Below, in pieces: positions 62,432 to 63,386 of a stretch of 63,386 bases of DNA. Where the stretch lies: the NCBI GenBank assembly GCA_003135555.1, contig PLCF01000047.1, positions 1 through 63,386 of the forward strand, read 5' to 3'. A program made the translations under genes and the position numbers. This DNA is from Vulcanimicrobiota bacterium (lineage in GTDB: Bacteria > Vulcanimicrobiota > Vulcanimicrobiia > Vulcanimicrobiales > Vulcanimicrobiaceae). Each line of letters begins with the position of its first letter. The first letter of the stretch is position 1. The notes beneath the pieces were generated by a model that had not been told where the DNA came from, searched no databases, and saw only the letters and a list, made by a program, of their open reading frames with translations.

Positions 62432-62478
62432 TCACCCTTCGACGGGGAACACGCGCACGTGACCACGTCAGGGTGACA
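62432..62478 (+). repeat. REP-like element, long variant (degenerate)
   Basis: TCACCCTTCGACGGGGAACACGCGCACGTGACCACGTCAGGGTGACA. Confidence 0.85.
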
Positions 62479-62487
62479 TTAGGCCGT

Positions 62488-62516
62488 TTGACCGGCTGTG
62501 GGGGTTCTGGTATGCT
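62488..62516 (+). promoter_or_regulatory. Sigma70-type promoter of the str operon
   Basis: TTGACC-17 bp-TATGCT with extended TG. Confidence 0.75.
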
Positions 62517-62577
62517 TCGGAGGTTCCGGCCGGACCGCCGTGGTTCGGCCGCTTTCGTGTGCGTTCCGGAGTACTGA

Positions 62578-63021
62578 GTGCCGACGATCTCCCAGCTGGT
62601 CCGTAAGGGCCGCGAGAAACAGCAGAAAAAGGTCAAGACCCCCGCTTTCCGCGTCGTTTCGACCGGGCCCAAGCCGGGTCACCCCGATCTGCCCAACCGT
62701 ACCTTCGAGGTCGCGGGGAACCCGCAGCGTCGCGGCGTGTGCACTCAGGTCAAGACGATCACCCCGAAAAAGCCGAACTCGGCGCTGCGTAAGGTTGCCC
62801 GTGTACGCCTCACCAACGGTGAGGAAGTCACGGCCTACATCCCCGGGATCGGGCACAATCTGCAGGAGCACTCGGTCGTCCTCATCCGCGGCGGCCGCGT
62901 CAAGGATCTCCCCGGGGTGCGCTATCACATCATCCGCGGCACGCTCGACACTTCGGGCGCCGCGAACCGCAAGCAAGGCCGCTCGAAGTACGGCGCCAAG
63001 CGCGGCGCCAAGAAGAAGTAA
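62578..63021 (+). CDS. rpsL: 30S ribosomal protein S12
   Basis: [40 protein letters not shown]. Confidence 0.99.
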   Translation: MPTISQLVRKGREKQQKKVKTPAFRVVSTGPKPGHPDLPNRTFEVAGNPQRRGVCTQVKTITPKKPNSALRKVARVRLTNGEEVTAYIPGIGHNLQEHSVVLIRGGRVKDLPGVRYHIIRGTLDTSGAANRKQGRSKYGAKRGAKKK

Positions 63022-63035
63022 GGAAGCGCGTAGTC

Positions 63036-63386
63036 ATGCCGCGTAAGGGCCCCGTCCCCAAACGACCGATTCTGCCCGATCCGAAATTCGGCTCGAAAGT
63101 ACTCGCACGCTTCATCAACAAGGTGATGCTGCGCGGAAAGAAGTCGGTCGCCGAGCTCATCACCTACGATGCGCTCGAGCTGGTCGCGACCAAGACCGGG
63201 CGCGATCCGATGGACGTTTTCACGCAGGCGCTCGGCAACGCGATGCCGCTAGTCGAGGTTCGTCCCCGGCGCGTCGGCGGTGCGACCTATCAGGTCCCCA
63301 TGGAGGTCCGTCCGGACCGCCGTCAAGCGATGGCGATGCGCTGGCTGATCAGCTATGCGCGCGCGCGCCCCGGCAAGTCGATGACC
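63036..63386 (+). CDS. rpsG: 30S ribosomal protein S7 (runs off the window)
   Basis: [18 protein letters not shown]...[15 protein letters not shown]; follows rpsL. Confidence 0.98.
   Translation, partial: MPRKGPVPKRPILPDPKFGSKVLARFINKVMLRGKKSVAELITYDALELVATKTGRDPMDVFTQALGNAMPLVEVRPRRVGGATYQVPMEVRPDRRQAMAMRWLISYARARPGKSMT

Noticed and set aside
105..62478. Repeats as integron attC sites
   Set aside because: No RYYYAAC/GTTRRRY core ends, no integrase, and copies flank housekeeping genes and lie within a gene.
62578..63021. Streptomycin-resistance allele of rpsL
   Set aside because: TPKKPNS and RVKDLPG lysines are wild type.

Overview
High-GC bacterial chromosomal window from a diderm (TonB-dependent receptor, Wza, RND pumps). 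Gene content, LTAC-GGGG lipoproteins and an inserted S12 suggest, by inference only, a Vulcanimicrobiota/Eremiobacterota-like organism. From left to right: three tandem ~100-aa paralogs; ogt; a Spy/CpxP-MFP-RND-RND efflux operon; LuxR; S9 peptidase; MmgE/PrpD; a HigB/XRE toxin-antitoxin pair; a wHTH-TPR regulator divergent from a CBM9/DUF5916-like protein; a ~23-kb exopolysaccharide locus (19.6-42.7 kb; priming transferase, Wza, Wzc, four GTs, acyltransferase, two GNATs, two unclassified hydrolase-like paralogs, ABC-2 pair, two secreted paralogs, no visible Wzx/Wzy); a RES TA pair; LuxR/NarL/receiver genes; a MITE; recQ; a TonB receptor + two-component operon; a lower-GC three-gene cassette; Tag-like glycosylase; a thioredoxin/TPR gene; MFS; GGDEF; SDR; TonB-C protein; rpsL and partial rpsG. 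Main hidden signals: (1) an in-frame UGA selenoprotein (U-G-G-C, with a SECIS-like hairpin) that the ORF track splits; (2) about 15 copies of a hairpin REP-like element showing compensatory base changes, which supplies stop codons, sits in-frame inside a gene, and is surrounded by a strand-polarised C-depletion halo; (3) two secreted EPS-locus proteins sharing a 29-aa C-terminal tail under strong purifying selection (candidate new sorting/modification signal) with a shared GGGAC-N4-GNCCC operator; (4) a TonB receptor with a ~278-aa extension after its barrel; (5) an SDR gene that needs a non-canonical, probably ATC, start.
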